Assembly (NCBI GenBank): GCA_951406725.2
Contig: OX597825.1
Location: 53,630,001 to 53,694,000 of the forward strand
DNA length: 64,000 bases
Source: Octopus vulgaris
Lineage: Eukaryota
Direction: 5' to 3'
Under the pieces are notes generated by a model, which worked only from the letters and a program-made list of their open reading frames with translations, made no database searches and was not told the DNA's origin. The translations under genes were made by a program, and so were the position numbers. Shown here in pieces: positions 42,590 through 56,719 of this stretch. Position 1 is the stretch's first letter, and every line of letters begins with the position of its first letter.

Positions 42590-43810
42590 GAAGGAGATGA
42601 ACAGGTAAAATCGAGGCTACATATTTTTCCTAGCTGGCAGATACTCTGATGTAATAGTTACTCAGTGAGAGATAATCTACAAGCTACACATCTGGCCGAG
42701 GATACTTTAACTAGACAAATGTTATTTTGTCGTTTGTGAATTACACAAGTTAACACAGGATTTAATCACACAAGTTAATACACCGTAGATACAATTTCAA
42801 ATGAGTGATGAAGCCGGAAGAATGGAATAAAAATGTGTGAAGAAATAAAATGGTCAGTGAGAAGAATGAAACGAAGAGGTCAAATATTTGGGAGTGAGTA
42901 TAAAGTTGTAGTTGTTGAGAATAAAGAAAACGGACTGGGGAAGAAGCAGAGACTTAGTGAAGATGGTGAGGTTGCTGGATTTAATATAGATATTAAGCTG
43001 GACCCTTTTTACTATATCAACAATAAAGAAATACATTGGCGCACACACGTACATACAATATAGAAAATAAATGTTGGAAGAAATGAAATGGTCAAGAAGA
43101 AAGAATGGGATCGAATATTCAGGAGTGGGAATCGAGTAAAGTAGTTGGAAAGAAGAGCGGGAGAGGGGAAAGAAAAAAGGGATGATAGGAGTAGAATATT
43201 AGTTTTAGTCTTTAAGTTGAAATAATGGTTGTGCATACAATGCTTGGATGGGTAAAAATAACGGTGTATGGGAGGTGCTGGTGAAGTTGGTCGCTTACTA
43301 CTTCCCAGTATGTTTACGCACTCACGCACTCAGTCATTTACATACATCCTCCCTTCGTACCCATAGATTTTAATTTATGCAAATTTACTGTCGACTTAGT
43401 TAAGTGGTCGTAGCCTAATATCTATAACAACCTCTCTTTCCCCTTAAACCAACTACCTTAAGCACAGTCAATCACCTAATTTCTTCCCCGCTTTACTTAA
43501 CCCTCAACAATGGTATATGATTCCCACACCTAAATATCTGATCACTTCGTTACATTTTTCTTACTGACATTTTTATTTCTACATACATTTGTTTTTTACA
43601 CTGTTCTTCCGGCTTCATCACGCATTTGAAATTTAATCTACGGCATGTTGACTTGGTATTCCTTAATTACAATGTAACCTTCGTATGATTAAGGTGCCCA
43701 CGGTAGAAGGTGTAGCTACCTGAGTATCCTCGTTGAGTAATTATTACCTCATAGGATCTGCTAGCTAGAAACCTAATGCAGCATAGGTTTTTACCTATTC
43801 TACACGTTCA
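42590..43810. repeat. Old diverged inverted repeat (about 350-400-bp arms)
   Basis: For example GTGATGAAGCCGGAAGAA at 42806 versus TTCTTCCGGCTTCATCAC at 43604; CTAGCTGGCAGAT versus ATCTGCTAGCTAG. Confidence 0.65.
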
Positions 43811-43834
43811 ATTTGAATTTATATATATATAAAC

Positions 43835-44060
43835 ACGGGAAACGTCTTTAGAAGAGAGGGCAATAAATAAATAAATTGGACAGACTGGACACCGCGACCA
43901 GAAAAATAAAGAAGGGGAAGTTTATGCAGAAACTGGAATGAAGACTTCCTTAACTTCTTCGGCGCCCAAACATAACTGAGGAAAAGATAAGAATGATTGA
44001 TGGTTAGAACATGAGGAGGCCTGGAGAGAAAACGCTCAGATAGTGGACTAAACATGTGGA
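43835..44060 (+). mobile_element. Degenerate RTE-clade LINE 3' end
   Basis: TDWTPRPEK*RRG..NWNEDFLNFFG resembles the RTE C-terminal 'W.P..KR.RGRP..RW.D' motif. Confidence 0.45.
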
Positions 44061-44130
44061 AGGATGATGATATAGCTTGCATAAGGTTATAAAATAACTA
44101 CACATATACACACTCGTTATATATATTTAT

Positions 44131-44186
<56 letters not shown>

Positions 44187-44324
44187 CGGAGATGTACTCG
44201 CATAGCAAGTAATTTGATCTGAGATCGTGTGCTGAAACGAAAACAATTGCAGCGTGGGAGGTGTTTATAAGCCATTTAAGAAACACACAAAAAGCCGTTC
44301 GATTCACTCCAACATTTAAGTTAA

Positions 44325-44374
44325 TTTGTCAAAATATTTTCGTCGCTAAAATCCGCGACCTGTTCACTGACAAA
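44325..44374 (-). ncRNA. Mirror copy of the G3-C8 hammerhead
   Basis: Same motif on the minus strand with a 7-bp stem I (tttgtca/tgacaaa). Confidence 0.8.
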
Positions 44375-44403
44375 GTCCGTGCTGCATCTCATGCAGCACG
44401 GAC

Positions 44404-44451
44404 TTGTCAGTGAACAGGTCGCGGATTTTAGCGACGAAAATATTTTGACAA
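44404..44451 (+). ncRNA. Minimal type-I hammerhead ribozyme with G3-C8 core
   Basis: ttgtca-GTGAACA-g-gtcgc(ggatttta)gcgac-GAAA-atat-TT-tgacaa; perfect stems I and II, palindromic AATATT stem III. Confidence 0.8.
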
Positions 44452-44532
44452 ATTAAACTTAAATGTTGAGTGAATCGAACGGCTTTTGTGTGTTTCTTAA
44501 ATGGCTTATAAACACCTCCCACGCTGAATTGT

Positions 44533-44577
<45 letters not shown>

Positions 44578-44935
44578 CATATAAGCATATGTTGACATGT
44601 ATATATGCATATATACATATGTGTGTACGTCCCTCATATCTGCGAAACATTGTGAGTATATATATGTATATATATGACTTTTCGGTGGTACAGAAGTATT
44701 TTTGGCTTTTTTTTTTAGCGATGTAGTACCCTTGTGTATATGTATATATTTAATATTTTATGTATATATTGTATTAATTTGCCTGTACGGCTGATAATTC
44801 GCTTGCCACTCCTGATGGTATTTTAATAATGCCATCCCTATATATATATATATATATGTATGTGCGTGTGTGTGTGTGTATCTGTGTGTGTATATATATG
44901 TAGTAGAGGGAGAGAAAGAGAGAGAGATATATCAA

Positions 44936-44970
<35 letters not shown>

Positions 44971-45393
44971 TTATATATGTGTGTATTATGTGTCTATATA
45001 CGTACGCATGTATGTATGTATGTACGTATATATACAGTTTGTATATATATATATGTATATTTCATTAGGATATTAGATACGAAATATATCATTCATTTAG
45101 TATGATGGAGATATTATATCCTTCAGTCTATAAAGATTTAAATACCATTCCAGATGAAGCTGTTATAAATATAAACATAACATTTATTGAAAATATCTAC
45201 CTATCTGATTAGCTGACGGATAAATATCGAAACAAATTGATGAAAAAGCGAAAATCTCAAAAATATTAATGATAATGGAAGAAAATTACTATTGGAAATT
45301 TTAGCTTTTTACGATAATTACGATATTTATTTCTTTTTACTGTATTTTTCATTAATTTTCTGTCGATTATTATTGTTTTTACTACAACAACTA

Positions 45394-45497
<104 letters not shown>

Positions 45498-47504
45498 ACT
45501 ACTACTGCTGCTACTACTTTATTGTAATTATATATTTTCCCATATTATTTATTATTTATTGTTGTTGTTATTATTGTTGTTGTTGTTGTTGTTGTTGTTG
45601 TATGTCATAGTAAATACATTTTAATTTGAAATGAATTCTAGAAATGATTAATGTAAATGTGTAGTTGCATTAGTAAATGGAAAAATCAAATACTATATCA
45701 GTATGTACCAAAAATTTACTTAGATGTTTTGAATTCAATCGACAAGAATCGATGCAAATGATAAGGGTAAGTAAAACGTTTAAGTTGGAATTGATAGAGA
45801 TTAATCAATACGTAAATTATGCCCATCCCGTGGATTCTCTTATACACTGAATCTGTCAATATCGTAGTAAATAAATCTTTATAAAACGTGCAACAAAGTT
45901 GTAACGTTCTTTTATGTAATCGCTCTCTGAAGAAGTTCAAGATTCTGAACCGACAATACCGGTTGCTTCTTTTAACTAACCCTTTAAGAGAAATCTACCA
46001 TGAAAGTTCCTTTTAGCGGGAATGGATACAACATTTTTCAGATCTCACTATGGAATTATTCGATTCAGACATGGGACACCCATTTAATGAAATTCCTACA
46101 CATTGTATCGTTATCTTTAGAAGACATGGTCATGGCTTCAATTCGTTTCGCAAAGCCAGCTGTGCAACAGCAATGAAAAAAGAAACCGGAGTTCGTCTTG
46201 CTTGAAGAGGATCGTTTTCTGCGGTGGAAGATATGGACCACATCCAACTAGCTAACATCTGTTTTCACTTAGTCAAATATAATTACCTAGACGTGCCTTG
46301 CGTCCTTCTACAAACTGTATAGCAGGTGAATAAATAGACTATTTATCAAAAAATCACAGGTATAGAAGGTGTTACTAGTCCTGAGACAAATTCGTAGAAA
46401 CTCTCAGCTAGGGTCGATCTAAGCAGTCCGAAAATGTCATGACGATATTAAATGATTTATTGTAATTGGAGGCTGCAATATAAAATTAATTCTAATTGCA
46501 GATATTATATCAGCCTGTAAATTTATCAGACTACTCTCTTTTCACGTATGTATGTATACATATATCTATATACATACACACACACACGTATATATACATA
46601 TATATATATACGTAGATACATACATTCTTATAAATATATATATATATATATACATTTATATATATATATACATATATGTACGTATTCACACACATATATA
46701 CATATATATGTATGTATATATGCATCTCTCTCTCCCTCTCTCTCGCTCTCTCCATATGTATATTAAGAAAGCTTTTGTGTTTAAACAGTTTACTTTAAAA
46801 TGTTCAAAATAGGTAGTAAAATAAATTCATAATTATTTACAAGTTCATCAAAAATCATAATTTCATATAAGCATATATACAGAAAGACTTTGTAGGCAGT
46901 ACTTGATAGGAGAAATCGTGTATTGCTTAGTCAAAACTTCATTAGAAACCATATTGAAATATTTACACAGAATGTTCAAAGAATATTAGCTATTTTAAAT
47001 ACAAAAAAAAAGTATATCTGTTTACTTACACAGAATAGAAATGATGTCAACAATTTAAGGGGTTGAAGAAATTATAACAAATCCTTGATATCATTATTTC
47101 GTGATTATATTTCTTTTCTGTTTAAGTCGGACCATTTTGTGTGTAAACATGTATACTTTTTTTTTTGTAATTGAGGTTTTTAATATTGTTTGTATATCGA
47201 CCTTACTTACCCTTACATTTACTCCTCCATCCGCTCAAGTTTAAAGCCCATAAGTACTACTGAGCGTATTCTATACTGAAAATTTGTGATTCTCACCTCT
47301 GGACTAAAGAAATATCTCAAGCACATTCATCAGGCACAAGCCACATATCATGACGAAAGTTGAAGAAAAGAAGAAACGCAAGAAGGCTCAGAATGCAGCA
47401 AATATAATTATATATATATATATACAAAGGATCAAAGTGAGTTACCTGTATCTAGACAGAGGTCCATTAGGCCGCTTTCTTGAATTCTGTAGCTTATATA
47501 TTCC

Positions 47505-47680
47505 CGTGATGTATGATGGCCTGTCGCATGGTTGTACAATCTTACCATTTGACTGGACTCGAAGAACGTGAAGTGCCGTGTTTTACTCAAGAACACAACA
47601 CTTCTCTTTGTCCAGGAATCGAAACTACAAGCTTACGATCATGATTACAGCCCCCTAATCACTAAGTTATGCACCTGCCC
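47505..47680 (-). mobile_element. Degenerate CORE/V-like SINE copy
   Basis: CTCAAGAACACAAC..TCCAGGAATCGAAAC..CTTACGATCATGA matches 5703-5950. Confidence 0.7.
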
Positions 47681-47986
47681 CCATATATATATGTGTGTGT
47701 GTCTGTATGCACACACACACACATACACACGGTCAAAACTTTGAAGTCACTGTAAAACCTTTATGTTATGAAAATATATGCTTACATCACTCTACTGAAA
47801 CATATTGATTGATCATTCAGCTTCATGATTGAGTGTTTTATACATAACTTTACATAAAAGGAAACATTAATATGCGTGTGGGCGTTTACATTGATATGTG
47901 CGTGTGTAAATGTGTGTCTGTGCATGTTCATTCTCTGTGTATGATTGTCTGTGCGCATGAGAGAGAGAGAGAGTGTGTGTAACTGT

Positions 47987-48057
<71 letters not shown>

Positions 48058-49953
48058 TGTGTATGTATTTCGAAACGAAAAACACATGTGATAATCGCAC
48101 ATGTTTCCGATCTTCATTTATTTCAAATAGTTTTATAAAAGGTAGGGTTTGGTTAATGAAAGGTGTGCGATACATATGGTGCCTTTATCTGAAAATAAGA
48201 TTAAAATATGCTAAAAGCAAGCTGAGTAGAGAGATAAGAGTGTAGAGCGAATCACTTGGAATGATGTTTATCAATTTTAGAAACTATAATTGATATTCTA
48301 TATTGATCAATCGCTTCCATCGACCTCCATTGAGCAAAATTCATTATTAAAGTAGTTTACGTTTCATAACGCACAGGCAGCCTCCCATCTTTAGGCACTC
48401 ACCCATATAAATAACTACATTTATATACATACACCGACACAAACACATACATACATAAATACATACATACATACATAATGCATACATATACATAGCTCAC
48501 AAGTACACGTATATATTTATGTGTGTGTATATATATGATTAATATGTATATATGTGTTGATAATTGTGTGTGTGTCTGTGTTTGTAAGGTGGCATCTGTG
48601 TGCGTGTCTGAATGTATGCGTATGACAGTGTGCTGAATGAAAAACTTGTACCTCGACTTCGTTCCCTCAATCTACTTACTGATGCGTGTGTTTTCTGTGA
48701 TAAATCAAATCTTATCAGTAAAATGAATCAGGCCTACTTAGTTATCCTTAAATGGATAATGAAACATCACATTTCTAAATGATTTCATATTATTGTGACT
48801 ATATGTGGTCTAGAAGCAGAGAAGGTAAAGAGTAATATTAAATACCTTGGCAGATATAATTACTTTCTGCTATACTCATAATACAGAAGACCCCCACTTA
48901 GCATAACACAACGTGGGTCGATAACATATATACCAGCATTTTAAACAGGTGTCAAATAGCCTAGTTTCATTCTAAAATAATTTTATTTTGTGCCCATAGA
49001 AGGAAATTTTTATCATTTTTCTAATGCAATTTGCAAAGACGGATTTACTGAAGAGCACTTAGTTGAATTTACATGTAATGAGATATAGTATTTTTCCGAC
49101 AACATCTATTTTACTCGAGGTTTAGAACCAAAATACTTTACGCAATGAAATGTTTGAACTTCTACTAGGATCGATATAACATTTATCCACAGAAGACATT
49201 AAAAGAAGCTGCATTCATACACGGTTCACTGTTCGATTAAATTCTATCTCGAAAACGACTGGTTTTCTTGCACTCATCATATAGTTTATTATTTCAATTG
49301 TCGGATAAAAAAAGCTTCAGGTCTGCTTCTACTACACCTAGGAAAGGACACGTTATTTTCTTTAAAATACTTCTTGTATTTTCAGAATAAATACTTTGTG
49401 AGAGGTACAGCCTGCGAAAAATAATTGATATTGCTTTGGGGACAATATAGTCTCCTCTCCATTTAAATTCGACAAAATATTGAAAATACGCAGATATATA
49501 CATAGAAAGCCTTATAATTTTATGTGTTATGTGTGTAGGTATATAATTATATTTGTTATACTAAGGTGGCTTTAGTCGCCAACAGAAAATAAATTTGCAA
49601 TACATTTGGTTAGATCCTACAGTATATGCGTGGAGATTAACATCAATGTGTATTTCAGTTATGTGCGTATACTTGATTACGTAACATGTGACTTAGAGAT
49701 TGGCGGGCTCCTAAAAAAAACCTGTCTCGTTCCAGCCTGGATTAACGAATGGAGAAGTACAAGAAGTCAAGGAGGGCTACCGGAAAATGGGCTGCTGTTG
49801 GTCAAGGCAGGTTACATGATGTTGTTAGAAGTTCGGTGATACCAGATTCGTTAGAAAGAAACATTTCTTCTAATGCGGTACAATACAGGAAGCCAGTGGC
49901 GTTTTGGTGTCTGAGAGTTGGCAAAAGCAAGGCTGGTGAGTGAGTGTATACGT

Positions 49954-50310
49954 ATACGAGGGAAAGTAAAAAATTATCCATAATTTTGCCATAATTACGT
50001 TTGCCATAACATAACTTTATCATCGTCACACTGCCTTCTGCGCATGAGTGCTTATAGTTGGTACTTTTGTGGTCAAGAGGTTAGAGCCAGATCGAAAATT
50101 TTCATCGACAATAGGATTCGGCGTATAGTGCAAGTGGCTGGCTTCCGTTTGTTGACCAGTAAAGTACTGTATCTTGCATTGTTGATCCTGCACCCCTTTC
50201 GCCAGAGAAATGAGATCACTGTTGTTTGTTTTCTTTTGTACACATTGCTAGTGAAGCGGCCATGATTACACTCTAAAGCCAGAAGAAATGGCACCATCAG
50301 ACTCAAACTA
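49954..50310 (+). mobile_element. Mariner-like 5' terminal fragment
   Basis: TACGAGGGAAAGTAAAAAATTATCC resembles mariner TIRs; no transposase recognisable. Confidence 0.35.
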
Positions 50311-50361
50311 TAGAACCAACTATAGGTACACATGTGCAGGAGGCAGTGTGATAATAATAAT

Positions 50362-50393
<32 letters not shown>

Positions 50394-50406
50394 TAATAAT
50401 AATAAT

Positions 50407-50464
<58 letters not shown>

Positions 50465-50519
50465 TGTTATGGTGAAACTGCGGATAGTTTTTATTTTTAC
50501 TTCTTGTATATTTAAAATG

Positions 50520-50710
50520 TACAGAAAGCAACAGACTAAGGCAGGTGAAGTAACAGCAAACAGGTGTACTAGTTTGAAGCTCACGAAAAATGGAATAGGG
50601 TTTAACATTTCGAGCCTACGCTCTTCGACAGAAAGGATTCAAAGGTAAAAAAGGGGAGAGAGTGCAAAAAAGCGTAGAGAGAAAAACGTGTAGGTAGTAA
50701 CGGTTCAACA
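50520..50710 (-). mobile_element. PLE pLTR fragment related to 26407-26600, with HHR-like motif at 50601-50635
   Basis: cttt-CTGTCGA-a-gagc(gtag)gctc-GAAA-tg-TT-aaa on the minus strand; flanks align with 26435-26590. Confidence 0.6.
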
Positions 50711-50789
50711 TGCTGAAATGCACACACACAAACATATATGAAATACTAGATGAATAATTACACATAACTATGGGTGTTTTTGAGTGTAA

Positions 50790-50843
<54 letters not shown>

Positions 50844-50854
50844 GCCAATGTGCT

Positions 50855-51760
50855 GAAAAATAAAACTTGGATCGTCTAACCGCGTATTCAAAATTTGGTT
50901 AGTCCGGAAACACATTTTAGAAATAGCGCAACGGACGTAATAAAAATGTGTAGGAAACGAATATGAAAAGACACGTGCGGAAATCAACGGGGCGGGAGGA
51001 CTTGGGAAAATTCACTTTTAGGAAGATGTTGTTTTTTTAAATGAAATTTTACGTAAATAACTTTCAACCGGCATAGATTAAGATTATAAAGGAATTTGTG
51101 GGAAATCTTTTCCGATAGGTGGGGCGAGGACTTCGGAAATTCACAAGACTGAGTTTTTCGCACATAACTGTCTATCGTGGACAGTGGGTATAAATCCAAA
51201 TATTAAATATTCCTCTGAATATTGACGAACTTTTTTCTTTCTTGCACAACTCGTTTTATACGTTTTTGAACCGCATAACGACAGATTCTGCGCCCTCGAC
51301 TTTGGGAGATCATAACTTTCAGAAAAATGTATATTTCTAATGAAATTGTTTACAAATATGTGTTATACGATGTAGATTCCGAATATATAAAATTTGTGGA
51401 GGAAATTGTTTTAGGAGGGGTTTAGGTGGGGAATTTCGGAAATTGCACCGGAGACCAGTTTAATTTCTCAGGAAAACGGATATTTTTTTAATGAAATTCT
51501 CTACAAATATACCTCGGACTATGTAGATTCCGAGAACATAAAAGTTTTGGAAAAAAACAATTGGGGGCTCTTTTTGAGAACTGTCCCCATTCGCGGGTGT
51601 TTCTAAACAAGTCGTCCGTATTTGTTTGTTTTTTTCTCCATTTTTCAACAATTTCTTCAAAGAGACTTCAGTATAAACTTTCGAGAATTATGCTAAAAAA
51701 GAAACAAAAATATTCCGTGAATCGTCTTAGCTGGAAATGCTTTTATATCAATGATGGATG
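50855..51760. mobile_element. Unclassified non-autonomous element with three internal sub-repeats
   Basis: AATGAAATT..ACAAATA..GTAGATT..ATAAA unit recurs at about 51040, 51340 and 51490. Confidence 0.45.
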
Positions 51761-52619
51761 TTTTTTCTTACCATTTTGCTTACTTCACAAAACTGATTGT
51801 TGGGGATATAAAATGACCTGTTATTTTCATCACTGTTCATACATATACGTGTGTGTGTATGTGTGAGTGTATTTGCGTTACCAGTACCATAAATCTCTCT
51901 CTATCTATCTGTCTGTCTCCCTCTCTCTCTTCTCTCAATCTCTTTCTCTCTTTCTGCCTCTTTCTCTTCCTTTACTGAAGCTACCCCTTACTTCACTCCA
52001 TTTCAACCCATTTCACACCATTCAGTTATTTCATCCCTCACCCCCAACGCCATTTATTGCCTTATCAACACTCTGCAGCACAAAAGTTTTCTTGTGTACC
52101 TAGATTTTTTTGTCGCTAGAGATAAAAGAGTCACTATTTTTAGACACATCCGTAAACATAAGTCTCCAGTTTATTTCTCCATAGGGAATTAGGATGGTAT
52201 TGCTTTCAGTACTGACCAGTTCTGTACTACGTGCACGCATGCACGCAAGCACACACATACATACACACACCACATACGCGTTTGTAATTACCTACACGTT
52301 TTCACATACCACTAAATCGAAGGAAATAATCTTATTCCATCTTATTCCATTTAGTAACGTCAGATCTTCTGAATATGATGAAAATGACCTGTTGTCACTA
52401 AAGTGTCAAAAACTTTGTAAAATTGTCCACAGAAGGGGTGTAAAGAATTTTCTAAATACCTCATTCTTGAACTGCCTCCTTTCTCTTATTGGTATACTAA
52501 ACATTGTGTACAAAAGGTATGAATTCAACATAACTCTACGCATGCCTCACCAAAATATTACCATGTTCCACTGGTGGGGCATGCGCCCCACGTTGGGAAT
52601 CATGGAAATAGGGAGATAA

Positions 52620-52940
52620 TGTGTGGGACCTTGGGCAAATGGCTTCGACTATAGCCTCGGTCCGATCAAAGCCTTCTGATTGGATTCCTAGAAGGAGAGA
52701 AGCCCGTCGTATATACACATATGGGTGTGTGTATGTAATTGTGTGTCTGTGTTTCTCTACCAACATTGCTTGGCAACCGATGTCGGTGTGTTTATGTCCC
52801 CGTAACTAACAATTCCGCAAAAGAGACCGATAGAATAACTAATAGAGTCATAGGGTCAATTCGGTCGAATAAAGCGGTGCCTCAGCATTGCCGCAGTCAA
52901 ATGACTGAAACGCGCAAAAGAATAAAAGAATAAAAGAATA
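52620..52940 (+). mobile_element. 5'-truncated SINE of the 22.8-23.6-kb family
   Basis: CCTTGGGCAA..CTATAGCCTCGG..GAAGCCCGTCGTATA..GCCGCAGTCAAATGACTGAAAC, (AAAAGAAT)n tail. Confidence 0.75.
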
Positions 52941-53007
52941 TGTATTCCCATATATGGTGTTATTTATATGCTTGATCATATATACCATAAATATACATTC
53001 ATGTATA

Positions 53008-53046
<39 letters not shown>

Positions 53047-53087
53047 ATATCTATTTATCTATCTATCTATTTATCTATCTATCTATT

Positions 53088-53172
<85 letters not shown>

Positions 53173-54465
53173 ATATATATAAACGTAAGTAATTGGGATT
53201 TGGAATCCGGTCAGTACCTTAATAGTATTCTGATGTAATCCAGATCTGGCTAACCGCATCGAATGAATGGTAACGTACAGGATTGTTTAAGATACGCTAC
53301 GCGGTACTTCATCAATAGGCAACTCTTGAGTCCGCTTCAATGGATTTCAAACAGAGTACACAATTAAGATATCATAAAGCAGAATAGAGGATTATACATC
53401 TTAAAATTCTGCTTATTATAGCATTATTCTCTTTAAATTCACATTACACACCATTCTGGCACGTGTTGCAGCTGCGTAATTGTTTTATGTCCTTTGATGT
53501 AGCATTTACGTGAATTTGGTTAAATCGTCTTCAATACATATTCATCTGGGGCAGACATTCCTATGCATCTTGGTTCAAGGTTGTAATATCCTTGGGGATA
53601 GATAAAACGAATTGAGGAATTCAGTGTCAGATTGACCTTCATATTGTATACTGAAGTTGGGAGATCATAAAATCTAAGGTTGCATAAAAGTAGACGTAGT
53701 TTTGACATACGATACAACAATAGCTCTCGTGCCATCTATACATAGAATGACCTCTTTAGAATTTATGGGAATAGATTATTATAGATACTTAATAGCAGAA
53801 GAAACCTTAATTATGTCAGGACGCATTCACCTCACTAAACACTCATAAGGAACAGAAACTGATACCGTATTAGGTTAAGAGAAAGACTAAGAGGAATCAA
53901 AAGGAAGAGGAAAAAAAGGGAAATAAAAAATAAAGAAGAATGAGGTTTATGTAATATCGTTGAAATTTAGCTAGAATAAATCTACGGTTACTTTCACTAG
54001 GTCAGCTTACAGGAAATGCGATCTACGTGATATCCTATTAAAATACTTATTTGGAATGTACTTAGATGCTTTTCTAAAAGAAAGAGCACATTTCAGCGCT
54101 TATACTTTTCCGTGATTAAATAAACTGTTATTAGAAGTAAAGATATGGATAATTTCTTCTAAGCATACATTGCAGTTTGAGTTCCCAATACTATATAGGA
54201 TGAATCTCTACTAATAATTGCCCATTTAATAGTATAGTTAGTGTCCTTTTCCATTAAATACCAGAGGATTCCACTTAAACTTTCGCAATTCATTTCCTCT
54301 CTGTTTTTGGAAGAAGAAAGGTGATTACGAGATCTCTTCTTAAGTCAGTAGAATATGGTGCTACGTAATTATTAGAAATGCTATCAGCCATTACGGACGA
54401 ACTTTGCTCTTACAATTACAATAATACTTTTATCTCTATATTTTCTACTGACACACGTATTATGG

Positions 54466-54496
<31 letters not shown>

Positions 54497-56719
54497 AATA
54501 AACATATACACACATAGATGCACAAATATATACATGTGTGTGCATGTGTGTGAGTGCAAGTGTATGCATGCATGTATGTATGTGTGTATGTATTTATATT
54601 CTACTGTTGATTACAACGCGGGTTTCAAACGCTGTGGTAACAGCTGTCGTATACAAATCTAATCGTACCAACAAATATGAAGATTTGTTTGGTGACGAAA
54701 TTTACTACTAGCAGGATATTCATTAGAGTAATATAGCGTAGCTAACAACATAGAATAGTGCTATAACGTAGTGGAATATAGTGTTACATATAATGGCTAT
54801 TTAAAACAGATTGGTACATTATTTTTATGCGGTAATAGAGTGGCAGTTTGGAGTACATAAATTAGTGTTATAAAATATACAGTTGTACAGTATTTATGTA
54901 GCATAATAGAATAAATTGTTGCATTAGTAGTCCTGTTGAGTAGCACGACATCTAATTACACAGAATGAGTAGTAAGGAAGAGTAAATTATGAACCTGACA
55001 ATATAGTGCATTTACAGAGTGTAGAAAATATTTTGTTAGCATAGAGTAGCAACGAGATTTAGGAAGGAAAACTTTTATCATAGAATAGCGGAAGAGAGGA
55101 GTAAGTTAGCCGGGTGCATAGAATAATTTTTATAAAAGAATGATATAGGCATTTATATGAGTAGCAGTAATGTGCAATAATGTAACTACGTGTATAGGAT
55201 TGTTGGAAAAGCAGTATAGTATATGGTTACGAAGTATAGCAGAAGAGAATGGTAAATGTTTACAAGGAGTACTGGAAATGGTGGTTAATAAATAATAAAT
55301 GTGGTCCAAGAGGTTTCCTATCCATGGTTCCATGAAGCTGGATATAGCCAAACTAATTGTTAAACAAGACAAGAAACAAATATCCCACTAGATGTGTCAT
55401 TGTTCTCTAACCAGTTACAGAATGAATGATGAAAGTTACTTCTGCACTACAGGCTCATTCCCATAATTGTGAAATACATACAAGAATTTGGTTCCTATTT
55501 ATCGCTTCGTGAACTGAGCTGTAGTAAGATAAATGCCTTCATCAGTAGGGAATTGTACCAGGTGAAGGCACTGGAAAAACAACAAACGATTTTCTAATAG
55601 GTTGATATCTAACAGAACCAATTAATCACCAGATGCGGAATGCCTGTTTGAGATCGTGTAGATTGCGACAACGTTGAAAATGAGGATTATGATGATGATA
55701 ACGATGATCACTTTGAGGACAACAACCTCGATGGTGATGGTGATGGAGTTTAGGATAATTATAGAAAATTTTAACTATGATGGCTATGATGATAATGGTG
55801 GTGATTAGCAAAATTGTAATTATTGCTCGCGTAAACGATTATAGGTGAACGTGTCAAAAAATTGCTGTTTATGATAACAAGGGCGTGACAGTCAGAGAGA
55901 ACAGCGAAAATATTAATAATTTGGGGTACTTCCAAAATTACCCAACTTCTCCCACCACCTCCCCGATGACAACCCAGTAAATTGAAGCTGTCACTTCTAA
56001 ATGTCCAGTGAATTGAAAACTCAACGATATCAAATGTTGCTGGAAATTATGGTTAATTTGTTAAGTAAATTGAAACAGACAGTAAAATCACAATAAATCT
56101 ATTAACATCTCATAGAAAATCTTCAACCAATTAAAATGATTAAACCTGTTGAGTAGCAATATAGAGATGAGTAGCGAAGTGGGAAATACGTTTGTGATAT
56201 GTGAGCTCTTTGATAACCTTTATTCTATTCTATTTCTGTTTTCTTGCTGCTTTTGTTTAACCCTGGGTTTATCATTCAACAATGTCTCTTCAGTTGACAA
56301 ATGCCTCTTCGGTTGTGACAAATCTATCTTACTTTTACATCAATACTATAAATAGAAAACATGATATCATGTAACCTTTTTAAACATAAAATTTAGAGAC
56401 CTGGGTTAATGTCATTGACATTTGAATGCTATTTCTAGCATTATGAACATTCAAGTAAGTTTTCGGCCATCGTCTCCAGCCATTTAAAAAAATTCTCTGA
56501 CTTTTGTATTACTCAGGTTTAAAAACCATGAGACAAGTGAGTGCAATTTTGATAATTCGTAGACTGTTGTATTCTTGTTTTTGTTATTTGATTCGAGACT
56601 CAATTGGTCGTTCCTTTCTATAAACAGAAGCGCTCCACTCTTGACCATCTCGCTATTTTCACAGGTATAGTTTGTTTAGGATTACCTTATTCAATACGCC
56701 CTTCATTTTCAAAATTGTA

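Larger units (their letters stand above)
44185..44533. repeat. Near-perfect fold-back (about 138-bp arms, 3-nt loop) in (TA)n; PLE-type pLTR
   Basis: 44250-44387 is the reverse complement of 44391-44527 with only a few 1-nt indels. Confidence 0.92.

Noticed and set aside
55533-55570. CTGATGA on the minus strand within a hairpin
   Set aside because: No stem II-GAAA-UH arrangement follows.
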